Positions 1 to 10,719 of a stretch of 64,000 bases of DNA are shown here, piece by piece. Origin of the DNA: an uncultured Holophaga sp. (lineage in GTDB: Bacteria > Acidobacteriota > Holophagae > Holophagales > Holophagaceae); the NCBI GenBank assembly GCA_963664825.1, contig OY761614.1, forward strand, positions 2,848,001 through 2,912,000, read 5' to 3'. A program made the translations under genes and the position numbers. The first letter of the stretch is position 1; every line of letters starts with the position of its first letter. A model generated the notes under the pieces. It was not told the origin of the DNA. It saw nothing but the letters and a program-made list of their open reading frames with translations, and ran no database searches.

Positions 1-673
1 GGCGGGCGGGAATGCGATCCGTGGCGTCTTGGAGATGGGCCTGGCAGCTGGAGGCCAGGGGGCAGGCCGCGCAGCGCGGCGCAGGCGTGCAGAGGGTGGC
101 TCCCAGTTCCATGATGGCCTGGGTCAGGCGGGAGGGGCCCAGGGCCCGGAGCGCAGGCTCGAGCCACTCCCGGAGGGGGGCCGCCCCTTTCCGGGGATCG
201 TCCTCCAGGCCCAGGAGCCGGGCCAACACCCGGAAGGCGTTGCCGTCGAGAGCCGCCGCGGGCCACTGGAAGGCGATGGAGGCCACGGCCGCGGCGGTGT
301 AGGGCCCCAGGCCCGGCAGCTCCTGGAGACCCTCCAGGCTCTTCGGCCAGCCCGTTTCCTGGACCTTCCGGGCGGCGGCCTGGAGCAGGCGGGCCCGCCG
401 ATAGTATCCAAGGCCCTCCCACAGCTTGTGGATCTCGTCGTCGCTGGCGCTCGCCAGAGCGGCCGCATCGGGGAAGCGCGCCATCCAGCGCAGGAAAAAG
501 GGGATCACGGTGGCCACTTGAGTCTGCTGGAGCATGAGCTCCGAGACGAGCACGGCGTAGGGATCGGCGTGGGGCCCATTCAGGTCCTGGGCGCGCCAGG
601 GCAGCTCGCGCCTCGTCGCCTCGAACCAGGGGGCCAAGGGGGCCAGCAGAGCCTCGGAACCTGGCCAGGGCAT
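1..673 (-). CDS. mutY: A/G-specific adenine glycosylase MutY (3' end runs off the window)
   Basis: Manual translation from ATG at 673 (GGGAGG RBS): MPWPGSEALLAPLAPWFEATRRELPWR...DPYAVLVSELMLQQTQVATVIPFFLRWMARFPD, the MutY N-terminal signature; absent from the ORF track because it is truncated. Confidence 0.93.
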   Translation of the reverse strand, partial: MPWPGSEALLAPLAPWFEATRRELPWRAQDLNGPHADPYAVLVSELMLQQTQVATVIPFFLRWMARFPDAAALASASDDEIHKLWEGLGYYRRARLLQAAARKVQETGWPKSLEGLQELPGLGPYTAAAVASIAFQWPAAALDGNAFRVLARLLGLEDDPRKGAAPLREWLEPALRALGPSRLTQAIMELGATLCTPAPRCAACPLASSCQAHLQDATDRIPAR

Positions 674-687
674 AGACCTCCCCATAC

Positions 688-715
688 AAAAAACGAGGAG
701 CGCGTGCGCTCCTCG
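688..715 (-). terminator. Intrinsic terminator after tRNA-Leu
   Basis: Hairpin CGAGGAGCGC/GCGCTCCTCG followed by a T-run on the minus strand. Confidence 0.75.
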
Positions 716-722
716 ATCAACT

Positions 723-808
723 TGGTGCCCGCGAGCGGACTCGAACCGCTACGGCTTGTGGCCACCACCCCCTCAAGATGGCGTGTCTACCAATTTCACC
801 ACGCGGGC
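723..808 (-). tRNA. tRNA-Leu(GAG)
   Basis: Reverse complement GCCCGCGTGGTGAAATTGGTAGACACGCCATCTTGAGGGGGTGG...GGTTCGAGTCCGCTCGCGGGCACCA; long variable arm, CCA end; usual position after secG. Confidence 0.96.
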
Positions 809-865
809 CAGGTCGAAAAGAAAGAATGCCATGGCAGGAAGCTGCCGTCAATCCTCAGTTTGCTC

Positions 866-1198
866 TCATTTTGCCGGAAGAACCGGAACAGGAGCAGGCG
901 CTGGGGGAACGGTGCCGGTGGGAACCGTCTTCACAATGATCTTCTTGTCCAGCACGGAGCGGCTGTCCTTGGAGATCTTCACCTCGATGACCAGGCTGGT
1001 GAGCATGAAGCCCGCCGCCAGCCAGTAGGTGAGCTTGGCCAGGAAGGGCGCCGCGCCCTGGGCGCCGAAGGCTGAATTGGCGCCTCCGCCCCCGAAGGTG
1101 GCTCCCAGGCCGCCGCCCTTGGCGCCGGGCTGGAGAAGGATCCCGCCGACCAGGAGGACGGCGACGATGACATGAAGCGTGACGAGGAAAGGGCTCAT
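866..1198 (-). CDS. secG: Preprotein translocase subunit SecG
   Basis: LHVIVAVLLVGGILLQPGAKGGGLGATFGGG...FLAKLTYWLA; two TM segments; followed by tRNA-Leu. Confidence 0.93.
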   Translation of the reverse strand: MSPFLVTLHVIVAVLLVGGILLQPGAKGGGLGATFGGGGANSAFGAQGAAPFLAKLTYWLAAGFMLTSLVIEVKISKDSRSVLDKKIIVKTVPTGTVPPAPAPVPVLPAK

Positions 1199-1265
1199 GC
1201 GAACTCCGAACCTGCCATTGTAGCAGGGCTGACGCCGATTCCCAGGCTCCAATGGCGGAGGAGGG

Positions 1266-2804
1266 CTAGGAGGGACATTCGGGGCTTTGTTCGTGGTTGA
1301 GCCAGGCGCGGATCTGGTCCTCGGTGAGTTCGAGCTTCAGCAGATGCTCCGTGGCCATCTTGACGCTCTGGCCCTCGTCTCGGCAGATCAGGAGTCGGCG
1401 CTTCCAGGCCGCGACGGCGGCTCCCTTCAGGCCCGCTTCTCCGGCCTCGATGCGCTTCTCGAGGACGAACCCGAGATTATTGGCGGCCTTGCGGTGCATA
1501 GGGGCCAGCGCCAGCGCCTTCTCGTAGGCTTCCGTGGCTTCCCTGAGGCGGCTGTTGACTTCGAGAGCCACCCCTTGAGCGTTCCAGACATCGGGATCCT
1601 CCGGGGCCAGCGTCATGGCCTCGCGCACCATGCGCAGTTCGTCCTCGGGGCGGTTCATCACCCGGTAGCATTCGGAAATGCCCAGGTAGGCGCTGTATTC
1701 GCCGGGGTCGGTCTGGAGGGCCGAGAGGAAACTCTTCTCGCTCTCCTCGTGCCGGCCCAGCTTGAGGAGGACGTAGCCGAGCTGAACCTGGATATCGGCG
1801 GCCTGAGGATTGCGGGTGAGGGCCTCTCCGTAGCAGTGGAGGGCGTCTTCCCAGCGCTGGTCTTCCCGGGCGAGGTCCCCCAGGGCCGACCAGGGATTGG
1901 GGCTCTCGGGGTCCGTTTCCGTGGCCAGCGAGAAATAGGACGTGGCCCCTTCGGGATCCCCGAGGTCGTTCCGGATCTCGCCGAGCATCGCGTAGGCTTC
2001 GGCCAGGGCGGGGATCTGGGGGGCGAGCAGGATGAGCTTGTGGAGTTCGGCCTGGGCCAGTTCCAGGTGCCCCTGCTCGGAGAAGAGCTCCGCCAGCATG
2101 AAATAGCTGGCCGATTCCCGGGCGTGGATGCTGCGAGCCCGGTTGATGCAGCGCATGCCATCCTCGATATCGCCCTTTTTCAGGAGCAGCTCGCCGAGGC
2201 TGTGCCAGCCCCAGAAGTAATGGGGTTCGGCGGTGAGCGCGGCGGTGAATTGGATCTCGGCGGCCTTGATATCCCCCAGTTGTTCGCAGGCCAGGCCCAG
2301 CAGGCGCAGGCTGCGGGGGCTTTGGGGTTTCAGGCTGAGGGCCTTGAGGAACCAGTGTTTCGCTTCGGCCGCGCTTTCGCATTGGAGGCCCAGGAGCCCC
2401 ATGAGTTCCAGGGTGCGGGCGTCCAGGCCATTGAGCTCCAAAGCCTTGTCCAGGGCCTTTTTCGCATCCTCCGGTCGCTGCTGCAGGATCCGCAGATAGC
2501 CCAGGTTCCGGTAGGGCACGGCGGCCTCAGGGCTCTCGTCCTGCAGGGCCTCCAGATCCCGGCTCAGGGTCTCGAGATCGTCCTTGGAGCCGCCATCGCC
2601 TTCGGCGACGATGCGCTCGAACCAGACTTCGCCGTTAGAGCGATCCTCGGCCAGGAGGGTGTCCAGGAGTCCCTGGGCCTCGGCGTGGTGGCAGCGGACA
2701 TTGAGGGCATGGGCCAACTGGAGCCGGGCCTCGCAGGAGGAACCCGAAGCCTGTCGGAGTCCGTGGAGTTCTGGGTCGAGCAGTTGAAGCCAGGGACGCA
2801 ACAT
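1266..2804 (-). CDS. Tetratricopeptide-repeat protein
   Basis: About 510 aa with many TPR-like repeats (e.g. WHSLGELLLKKGDIEDG, WNAQGVALE...EAYEKALALAP); start may be 2828. Confidence 0.88.
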   Translation of the reverse strand: MLRPWLQLLDPELHGLRQASGSSCEARLQLAHALNVRCHHAEAQGLLDTLLAEDRSNGEVWFERIVAEGDGGSKDDLETLSRDLEALQDESPEAAVPYRNLGYLRILQQRPEDAKKALDKALELNGLDARTLELMGLLGLQCESAAEAKHWFLKALSLKPQSPRSLRLLGLACEQLGDIKAAEIQFTAALTAEPHYFWGWHSLGELLLKKGDIEDGMRCINRARSIHARESASYFMLAELFSEQGHLELAQAELHKLILLAPQIPALAEAYAMLGEIRNDLGDPEGATSYFSLATETDPESPNPWSALGDLAREDQRWEDALHCYGEALTRNPQAADIQVQLGYVLLKLGRHEESEKSFLSALQTDPGEYSAYLGISECYRVMNRPEDELRMVREAMTLAPEDPDVWNAQGVALEVNSRLREATEAYEKALALAPMHRKAANNLGFVLEKRIEAGEAGLKGAAVAAWKRRLLICRDEGQSVKMATEHLLKLELTEDQIRAWLNHEQSPECPS

Positions 2805-2830
2805 GGGGTACCTCTTGATATGTTCCAAGT

Positions 2831-3769
2831 CTAGCAGGGAGCGGAATCCAGGGCTTCGGACACGCCCTGGCAGAGGATGTGAGCCATGGCATCCCGGGTT
2901 TCGAGGGTGGCCGAACCCAGATGGGGCAGGAGCACGGCCCTGGGGGCGCTGAACCAGGCCGGATTGATGCGAGGCTCACCCTCATAGACATCCAGGCCGA
3001 TGCCTCCCAGGCGGCCCGATTGGAGCCCTGCCAGGACGGCCGTTTCGTCCAGGATGCCGCCTCGGGCCGTGTTGATGATCACCGCACCCTCCGGGAGCAG
3101 CCTGAGGCGCGCTCGGTCCAGGAGGCCGCCGGTGGCCTCCGTCAGGGGGCAGTGCAGCGATAGGACGGAACTCTGGGGGAGCAGTTCGGGCAGGGGCAGG
3201 CGGCGGGCGATGCCAGCGCCGAAGTCCACGGGGTGGTGCGTGCCCTCCCGGTCCCAGAAGATGGGCTTCATGCCCAGGGCCCACACGCGGCGCGCGAAGG
3301 CCTTTCCGATGGGCCCGGAACCCAGGATGCCGCAGGTCTTGCCCGTCAGGCCAAAGCCCAGGAGCTGGTCCGGAGCCCAGCCCTTCCAGGTGCCTGAGCG
3401 CACCAGCGCCTCCCCTTCGGCGATTCTCCGGGTGACGGCCAGCAGGAGCGCCAGGGCCAGGTCCGCCGTGGCATCCGTGAGGACGCCCGGCGTATTGAGG
3501 ATCCGGATGCCCCGGGCCCGGCAGGCCTCCAGGGGCAGATGGTTGACGCCCACGGAATAGGTGCCGATCACCTTGAGCCGGGGCGCGAGTTCCAGATCGG
3601 CCTCGGTGATGGGTTCGGAGAGCATCACCAGCATGGCCTCGGCGCTGGGAAGGGCCATCTTCCATGCGATGGAACGGTAGGGTGCAATGAGCATTGCGGG
3701 AAAGCGTTCGCCCAGGGCGAGCAGATGCTTTCCCACGAGGGGCGTGGTGGAGAGGATGCGCGTATTCAT
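2831..3769 (-). CDS. D-isomer 2-hydroxyacid dehydrogenase (glyoxylate/glycerate reductase-like)
   Basis: NTPGVLTDATADLA, GILGSGPIG, SLHCPLT, INTARG, GLDVYEGEP, LPHLGSAT; start MNTRIL overlaps the ruvA stop. Confidence 0.92.
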   Translation of the reverse strand: MNTRILSTTPLVGKHLLALGERFPAMLIAPYRSIAWKMALPSAEAMLVMLSEPITEADLELAPRLKVIGTYSVGVNHLPLEACRARGIRILNTPGVLTDATADLALALLLAVTRRIAEGEALVRSGTWKGWAPDQLLGFGLTGKTCGILGSGPIGKAFARRVWALGMKPIFWDREGTHHPVDFGAGIARRLPLPELLPQSSVLSLHCPLTEATGGLLDRARLRLLPEGAVIINTARGGILDETAVLAGLQSGRLGGIGLDVYEGEPRINPAWFSAPRAVLLPHLGSATLETRDAMAHILCQGVSEALDSAPC

Positions 3770-4356
3770 CGTTGGAGGGCCCTCAGGGCGATTCGGATGG
3801 CTTCGGGGAGGGGGGGCTTCTCGAGCTTGAGCTCGGCGACCACCGGCAGCACGGCGTCTTCCCGGAAGCCCAGATTGACGAGCGCGGAACGGAGATCGGA
3901 TTCCCAGCGATCCAGTGGCCGCACCGCCGTGCCGAGCCCCTCCAGGCCCCCGGCTCCCCCGAGCTTTTCCGAGAGCTCGAAGCAGATCTTCTCGGCGCTC
4001 TTCCTGCCGACGCCCGGGATGCGCGTGAGGGCCTTCACGTCCCGATCCCGAATGGCCCGGAAGAGATCGTCCATGGATAGGGCGCCCAGGGCGGCCAGGG
4101 CCAGCTTGGGGCCGATGCCATCGACCTTCACCAGCATCCGGTAGAGTTCCCGCTCCTGGGGGGTGGCAAAGCCCAGGAGGCTGATCTCGTTCTCCCTCAG
4201 GAGCGTCTCCACCTGGAGGACGACCTCCGCGCCGGGTTCCGGGAGCATCCCGTAGGTGCCCAAGGAGATGGCGCAGACGTAGCCGACGCCTCCGCATTCC
4301 ACCAGGGCTTGGCTCGGGGATTTCTGGATGAGGAGACCTCTGAGTCGACCGATCAT
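3766..4356 (-). CDS. ruvA: Holliday junction branch migration protein RuvA
   Basis: MIGRLRG...GGVGY; HhH motifs VDGIGPKLA and IPGVGRKSAEKI; C-terminal ALVNLGF. Confidence 0.96.
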   Translation of the reverse strand: MIGRLRGLLIQKSPSQALVECGGVGYVCAISLGTYGMLPEPGAEVVLQVETLLRENEISLLGFATPQERELYRMLVKVDGIGPKLALAALGALSMDDLFRAIRDRDVKALTRIPGVGRKSAEKICFELSEKLGGAGGLEGLGTAVRPLDRWESDLRSALVNLGFREDAVLPVVAELKLEKPPLPEAIRIALRALQR

Positions 4357-4478
4357 CCTCCCAGGATAGGTGATCTCCGGCCTCTCCGAGGGTCGGCTGA
4401 AGCATCAAACCAATGTTTCGATAAATTCCGATATGTATTACCATGTGTCCTGGCCTCGGCTCTGGAAGGACGCAACAG

Positions 4479-4862
4479 ATGGCGGATGATTTGCGGGAGA
4501 TAGTGGAAAGCCTGAAGGCCGTCTCGCACCCCTTGCGGCTGCGGGTGCTGGCCCTGGTGGGCTCCGGGGAACTCTGCGTGTGCCAGGTGGCCGAGGTGCT
4601 CCAGGTGCCCCAGTCCTCGGCTTCGGAAGCCCTGCGGGAATTGCGCCGGGCCGGCTTCGTCAATGAGCGCAAGGAGGGTCGCTGGGTCTTCGTGTCCATC
4701 CTGTCGGCTGCGGAGGCCTCGCCTCTGCTGAAGGGGATCCTGGCGGCTGCCAGGGGCCTCCCGGAGGTCCAGAAGGATCGGGCCCGGGCGCTGGAGGTGA
4801 AGGCCCTCGGCGTTCCGGCCGTGTGCTGCAAGGTCCAGAAGGCGGAGGCCTCCCATGTCTGA
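4479..4862 (+). CDS. arsR: ArsR/SmtB family repressor
   Basis: LKAVSHPLRLRVL...ELCVCQV (ELCVC As-binding box); C-terminal CC. Confidence 0.9.
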   Translation: MADDLREIVESLKAVSHPLRLRVLALVGSGELCVCQVAEVLQVPQSSASEALRELRRAGFVNERKEGRWVFVSILSAAEASPLLKGILAAARGLPEVQKDRARALEVKALGVPAVCCKVQKAEASHV

Positions 4863-5931
4863 ATCCTCCTGCGGTTGCGGGTCGCCGGAACCCGCGGGGC
4901 GTCGAGCCTCCTATCTCCGCCGGGGCGGTTGGATCCTGCTGGCTCTGCCCCTCTGGGTCCTGCTCTACGCCGTGATCCAAAGGGCTTCCCAATGGATCGC
5001 CTTCGGGTTCTTCCGGCTCAAGCCCATGTCCCACCTGGGTGAAGCGGTGGCCTTCTTCTGCTATGACGTGCCCAAGGTCCTGCTGCTGCTCACGCTGGTG
5101 GTCTTTATCGTCACCTTCCTTCAGACCTTCGTGAGCCCAACAGGCGTGCGGAATGCCTTGGCGAAGCGCCGCGCGGGCATCGACAACGCGCTGGCCTCGC
5201 TCTTCGGCGTCATCACGCCCTTCTGCTCCTGCTCGGCCATCCCGCTCTTCATTGGATTCCTGAAGGCGGGGGTTCCCCTGGGTGTCACCTTCAGCTTCCT
5301 GGTGGCCGCCCCCATGGTCAACGAGGTGGCGCTGGGCCTGCTATTGGCCATGTTCGGGTGGAGGATCGCCCTGCTCTATGCGGGAACGGGTCTGGCCATC
5401 GCCTTCAGCGCGGGCCTGATCCTGGGGCGTCTCAACATGGAGCGGCATCTGGAGGACTGGGTGCGGGACGCGGTGAAGGCTCCTGTCCTGGGCGAAGGGG
5501 AGGAGTTGCGCGTCACCCTTGCCCTGCGCTTCGACCAGGCTGTCCAGGGTGTGATCGACATCGTGGGCAAGGTGTGGCCTTACATCTTGGCGGGCATTCT
5601 GGTGGGGGCCTTCATTCACGGATACGTGCCGGCCGCCTTCATGGCCTCCCTGCTGGGCAGCCACGCCTGGTACAGCGTGCCCCTGGCGGTGCTGATCGGT
5701 GTGCCCCTCTATTCCAACGCCGCTGGGGTGATGCCCATTGTGGAGGCCCTGCTGGGCAAGGGGGCGGCCCTGGGTTCGACCCTGGCCTTCATGATGGCCG
5801 TCATCGGCTTATCCCTGCCCGAGACCATCATCCTGCGCCGCGTCATGCGCCCGCGCCTCATCGCCGCCTTCGTAGGCGTGGTGGCCATCGGCATCCTGCT
5901 GGTGGGTTATCTCTTCAACGCGATCCTATAG
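4855..5931 (+). CDS. arsP: ArsP/DUF318 family permease
   Basis: TPFCSCSAIPLFIG, SFLVAAPMVNE, GVPLYSNAAG, LSLPETIILRRV. Confidence 0.9.
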   Translation: MSESSCGCGSPEPAGRRASYLRRGGWILLALPLWVLLYAVIQRASQWIAFGFFRLKPMSHLGEAVAFFCYDVPKVLLLLTLVVFIVTFLQTFVSPTGVRNALAKRRAGIDNALASLFGVITPFCSCSAIPLFIGFLKAGVPLGVTFSFLVAAPMVNEVALGLLLAMFGWRIALLYAGTGLAIAFSAGLILGRLNMERHLEDWVRDAVKAPVLGEGEELRVTLALRFDQAVQGVIDIVGKVWPYILAGILVGAFIHGYVPAAFMASLLGSHAWYSVPLAVLIGVPLYSNAAGVMPIVEALLGKGAALGSTLAFMMAVIGLSLPETIILRRVMRPRLIAAFVGVVAIGILLVGYLFNAIL

Positions 5932-5939
5932 GAGTCCCC

Positions 5940-6173
5940 ATGTTGATCGAAGTCTTCGGTCCGGGCTGCGCCAAGTGCGAAACCCTCCTCAAGCACACGC
6001 AGCACGCCGTCGAACAGCTCGGCGGCGAGCACCAGGTGGTGAAGGTCTCCGACTACGCAGCCATGGCGCAACGGGGCATCCTCAGCACCCCCGCCCTCAC
6101 CATCGACGGCCAGCTCAAGTTTCAGGGCAAGGTGGCCTCTTCCGAGGAGATCTTGGCCCTCCTGAAGGCCTGA
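5940..6173 (+). CDS. Small redox-active disulfide protein (thioredoxin-like)
   Basis: MLIEVFGPGCAKC...GILSTPALTIDG; GGAG RBS. Confidence 0.88.
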   Translation: MLIEVFGPGCAKCETLLKHTQHAVEQLGGEHQVVKVSDYAAMAQRGILSTPALTIDGQLKFQGKVASSEEILALLKA

Positions 6174-6238
6174 GAGGTTTGGCCTAGACCTTTATCGGGC
6201 GCAGCTAAAGCGAAAAAAACACCACCACAGGAGTTCCC

Positions 6239-6619
6239 ATGTCCCTTCCGCGCCTCTGCGCTTTCGTCCTGGCGGCCTCGGCCCTCCTCTCCGCCCAGGT
6301 GCCCGCCCTGGATCCCGGGGGCCTCACGCAGATCCTGAAATCCGGCAAGTGGACCGTGATCGAATTCGGCGGGCCCACCTGCGTGCCCTGCCGGAAGATG
6401 CAGCCCATCCTGGGCGATCTCCAGAAGCAGTTCGGGGAGCGCGCCCAGTTCCGCAATTTCTATGTCACTGAGCACCCCAAGGAGGCTCGCGCCCACAAGG
6501 TCATGGCCATGCCCACCCAGGTGGTCTTCGATCCCGGCGGCAAGGAGGTGACCCGTCACATCGGTCTCTGGGAGAAGGCTGATTTCCTGGCCGCCCTGGC
6601 CAAGGTCGGCCTGAAATGA
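6239..6619 (+). CDS. Exported thioredoxin family protein
   Basis: Signal-peptide-like N-terminus; CVPC motif; cis-Pro motif MPTQV. Confidence 0.85.
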   Translation: MSLPRLCAFVLAASALLSAQVPALDPGGLTQILKSGKWTVIEFGGPTCVPCRKMQPILGDLQKQFGERAQFRNFYVTEHPKEARAHKVMAMPTQVVFDPGGKEVTRHIGLWEKADFLAALAKVGLK

Positions 6620-7329
6620 TGACCGGCCTCATCGAGCGCCTGGCCGACACCGTGGCCCAGGCCCCGGCCTACCAGCAGCTCGGGCTCGTATTTTTGGGAG
6701 GGCTATTGACCTCGGCCAATCCCTGCGTCCTGGTGGCCGCGCCACTGGTGGTGGGCTTCGCGGGGGGGACCGAGGAGGGGCGCCATCACCCCATGGTGCT
6801 CTCCGCGATCTTCGTATTGGGCCTCGCCGCCGCCTTCACCCTCCTGGGACTCATCGCGGCCATGACGGGTTCCCTTCTGGGGGATATCGGATGGGGCTGG
6901 AAGGCCCTCCTGGGCCTCATCCTCCTGATCGTGGGCTTGCATCTGCTGGGCCTCTATTCCCTGCCGACGCCCTCTCCTGAACACATGAAACGCTTCCAGG
7001 GTGCCGGGCTCTTCGGCGCCTTCGCCCTGGGAGCCCTCACGGGCACCCTCTCCGCCCCCTGTGCCACCCCGGCGTTGGCCGCCGTGCTCACCGTCGTCGC
7101 CCTCCAGAAGAAGATCCTCTGGGGAGGGGTGCTGCTCTTCGTCTATGCCCTGGGACACGTGCTGCTGCTCTTCCTGGCGGGGGCGTCCTCGGGCTGGGCC
7201 AGCAGGTACGCGCAAAGCCACTTTTCGCAGGTCCTGGGCCGGTGGCTGCCCAGGGCCATGGGCGTGCTGCTCACCGGCTGCGCGCTTTGGGTCTTCTGGC
7301 TGGCCTGGGAGGCCCGGGCCGTCGCCTGA
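6616..7329 (+). CDS. ccdA: CcdA/DsbD-type transmembrane electron transporter
   Basis: [11 protein letters not shown] and [13 protein letters not shown]ys pair; about six TM helices. Confidence 0.88.
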   Translation: MMTGLIERLADTVAQAPAYQQLGLVFLGGLLTSANPCVLVAAPLVVGFAGGTEEGRHHPMVLSAIFVLGLAAAFTLLGLIAAMTGSLLGDIGWGWKALLGLILLIVGLHLLGLYSLPTPSPEHMKRFQGAGLFGAFALGALTGTLSAPCATPALAAVLTVVALQKKILWGGVLLFVYALGHVLLLFLAGASSGWASRYAQSHFSQVLGRWLPRAMGVLLTGCALWVFWLAWEARAVA

Positions 7330-7364
7330 AAACAGGCTGTAGGCCCCTTGGAATGGAGGTTCCC

Positions 7365-8429
<1,065 letters not shown>

Positions 8430-8530
8430 TCCAGAGTCCCAGCACTTGCATCCCTGGGTCATGGAGGTCCTGGCCAAGCTTCGGGCACCTGGAGAGGTCC
8501 GGCAGGGAACAGGGATGTCTGACCTGAGGC

Positions 8531-8588
8531 TATTTCTATAATTTTCGAATTAATCAGTTGCGGACTAATTCGAAAATACTAGAATTAT
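8531..8588. promoter_or_regulatory. AT-rich inverted repeat, probable ArsR operator/promoter
   Basis: ATTTTCGAATTA...TAATTCGAAAAT inverted repeat directly upstream of the second arsR. Confidence 0.7.
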
Positions 8589-8602
8589 CTCTGGAGGGAT
8601 CG

Positions 8603-8983
8603 ATGGCGAAGATCCAGGCATCGCAGCTGGTCCAGCGGAACGCAGAGCGGTTCAAGGCCCTGGGGCATCCCATCAGGCTCTCCATCCTCCGTCTCATCGT
8701 ACAGGGGCCCGAATCCGGAACTCCGGCCGGGGAGATCCAAAATCAGGTGGGCATCCCCGCCTCCACCCTCAGTCATCATCTGGCCTGCCTGTTTGAAACG
8801 GGACTGGTCCAGGTGGATCGGGAGGGCACCTTCCTGCGCTACCGGGCGGATTTCAAGACCCTTCACGCTTTGACGGAGTACCTGTGGAAGGGCTGCTGCT
8901 CCGGTGCTTCCAAGGCGCTTTCCGACCGGCCTGAAGCCTGTTGCGGCGCGAAGGTCAGAAAAGGAGAGCCCCCTCGCATCTGA
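8603..8983 (+). CDS. arsR: Second ArsR family repressor (C-terminal Cys type)
   Basis: FKALGHPIRLSILRLIV...IPASTLSHHL...YLWKGCC, plus a second CC. Confidence 0.88.
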   Translation: MAKIQASQLVQRNAERFKALGHPIRLSILRLIVQGPESGTPAGEIQNQVGIPASTLSHHLACLFETGLVQVDREGTFLRYRADFKTLHALTEYLWKGCCSGASKALSDRPEACCGAKVRKGEPPRI

Positions 8984-9389
8984 TTGCCTCCCATCAATTC
9001 AACAGACTAGGAGAAGCCATGGACAACGACACCCTCAAGGCCGCCGTGCGGGAACGCTACGCAGGCTTCGTAACGCGGAATACGAGTTGCTGCGCTTCCG
9101 CCTCCAGGGGATGTGGCTGTTCGGGATCCCTGGAAGACCCGAGCCTGAAGATAGGCTACGTCGTCCAGGATGTGGAGGCCGTGCCTGCGGGAGCCAATCT
9201 GGGCCTCGGATGCGGGAATCCAGTGGCCCTGGCCTCCCTCAAACCCGGCGAGGTCTTATTGGATCTCGGTTCCGGCGCGGGCTTCGACGCCTTCCTGGCC
9301 TCCCAGCGCGTGGGTCCCGAGGGGCGGGTCATTGGCGTGGACATGACTCCGGAGATGATCGCCCGTGCCCGCGCCTTGGCCGAAAAAAA

Positions 9390-10719
9390 GGTTCTTCGCG
9401 GATTTGCGTGAAGTAGGTCGGCAGTGGCGGATTTCAGGCATCTTGGGTTTGTCGAGAACTCGAGATGAAGGAGGCCGCCACTGCCTACCAAAGAGCTTAT
9501 GTCCCGCTTGGGCGGGTGGAAAGGGCAACGCGTCGGAATCGTGGAGCGCTTCGAAGCCGGGGTGAAGGGGCCGCGGGCCGAGGTGTGGATCGAGTTGCTT
9601 GGGTTCGGCGATCATCCCCGGAAGTGCAGCGGTTGTGGGCATTTCGTGCGGAGCGTCCACGACTGGTCAGAGCGGGAGATCCGCGACCTTCCGCTGTTCG
9701 ACGCCGACACAGTCCTAGTGGTGTGGCGGGCTCGAGTAGCCTGCCCCCGGTGCGGCCCGAAGCTGGAAGCCCTGGACTGGTTGGAGCCCCATGCCCGGAT
9801 CACGAACCGGCTTGCCGCGAGCGTGGCGCGGCTTTGCAAGGTCATGCCCATCAAACAGGTCGCGGAGCACTATGACCTGCACTGGGGCACGGTGAAGGCG
9901 ATCGACAAGGCTTACCTGGACCGAGAACTTGGGCCCGTGAAGCTGAGCAAGGCGAGGCTTCTTCTGATGGACGAATTCGCCATCCACAAGGGACAGAGCT
10001 ATGCCACGGTCATCACGGATGCGGAAACGCGTCGCGTGCTCTGGGTCGGGAAAGGGCGTGGCCGCGAGGACATCCGCCCGTTCTTCGATCTGATCGGGAA
10101 GAAGGGCTGCAAACGGATCCAGGCCGTGGGCATAGACATGTCGGCGGCCTTCGAAGGCGAAGTCCGGGCGCGCTGTCCCAACGCCGAGATCGTCTACGAC
10201 CAGTTTCATGTCGTGGCAAAGTACGGCCATGACGTCATCGACCGGATCCGGGTGGATGAGGCCAATCGATACCGGCACGACAAGGCCTCGCGGGAGCTCG
10301 TCAAGGGCGCGAAGTGGCTCCTGCTGGGCAATTGGGAGAACCTGCCGAATCGGGATGCCAAAGTCCGCCTCAACGAGTTATTGGACGCGAACCAGCCTCT
10401 GATGACCGCCTACGTGCTGAAAGACGCCCTGAAGGCACTGTGGCGCTACACGCGGGAGGGCTGGGCTCTGAAGGCCTGGGAGAACTGGATGGAACTCGCC
10501 ACCTCAAGTGGACTCCAGCCCCTCGTGAAGTTCGCCAAGAATCTCGCCCAGCGGATCGACGGAATCCTCTCCCATTGCCGCTGGCCGCTCAATACCAGCG
10601 TCCAGGAAGGGATCAACAACAAGATCAAAGTCCTCAAGCGCATCGCCTACGGCTACCGGGATGAGGGCTACTTCTTCCTTAAGATCCGTGCGGCCTTCCC
10701 CGGAAAAACGTGAAGAACC
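9390..10719 (+). mobile_element. ISL3-family insertion sequence (1330 bp)
   Basis: Terminal IRs GGTTCTTC...GAAGAACC; 8-bp target duplication GAAAAAAA at 9382-9389 and 10720-10727. Confidence 0.95.
9499..10713 (+). CDS. ISL3 family transposase
   Basis: CxxC zinc finger, MDEFAIHKG, IDMSAAF, YDQFHV, EGINNKIKVLKRIAYGYRD. Confidence 0.96.
   Translation: MSRLGGWKGQRVGIVERFEAGVKGPRAEVWIELLGFGDHPRKCSGCGHFVRSVHDWSEREIRDLPLFDADTVLVVWRARVACPRCGPKLEALDWLEPHARITNRLAASVARLCKVMPIKQVAEHYDLHWGTVKAIDKAYLDRELGPVKLSKARLLLMDEFAIHKGQSYATVITDAETRRVLWVGKGRGREDIRPFFDLIGKKGCKRIQAVGIDMSAAFEGEVRARCPNAEIVYDQFHVVAKYGHDVIDRIRVDEANRYRHDKASRELVKGAKWLLLGNWENLPNRDAKVRLNELLDANQPLMTAYVLKDALKALWRYTREGWALKAWENWMELATSSGLQPLVKFAKNLAQRIDGILSHCRWPLNTSVQEGINNKIKVLKRIAYGYRDEGYFFLKIRAAFPGKT

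Noticed and set aside
29..1075. 348-aa plus-strand ORF
   Set aside because: Antisense shadow of mutY, tRNA-Leu and secG in GC-rich DNA
1287..2834. 515-aa plus-strand ORF and many similar long antisense ORFs (17584-18996, 30031-31770, 34760-36274)
   Set aside because: Mirror frames of well-supported genes on the opposite strand; no recognisable motifs
2831..4831. 666-aa ORF that looks like a long fusion dehydrogenase
   Set aside because: The upstream part overlaps ruvA and arsR in other frames; the real start is MNTRIL at 3769
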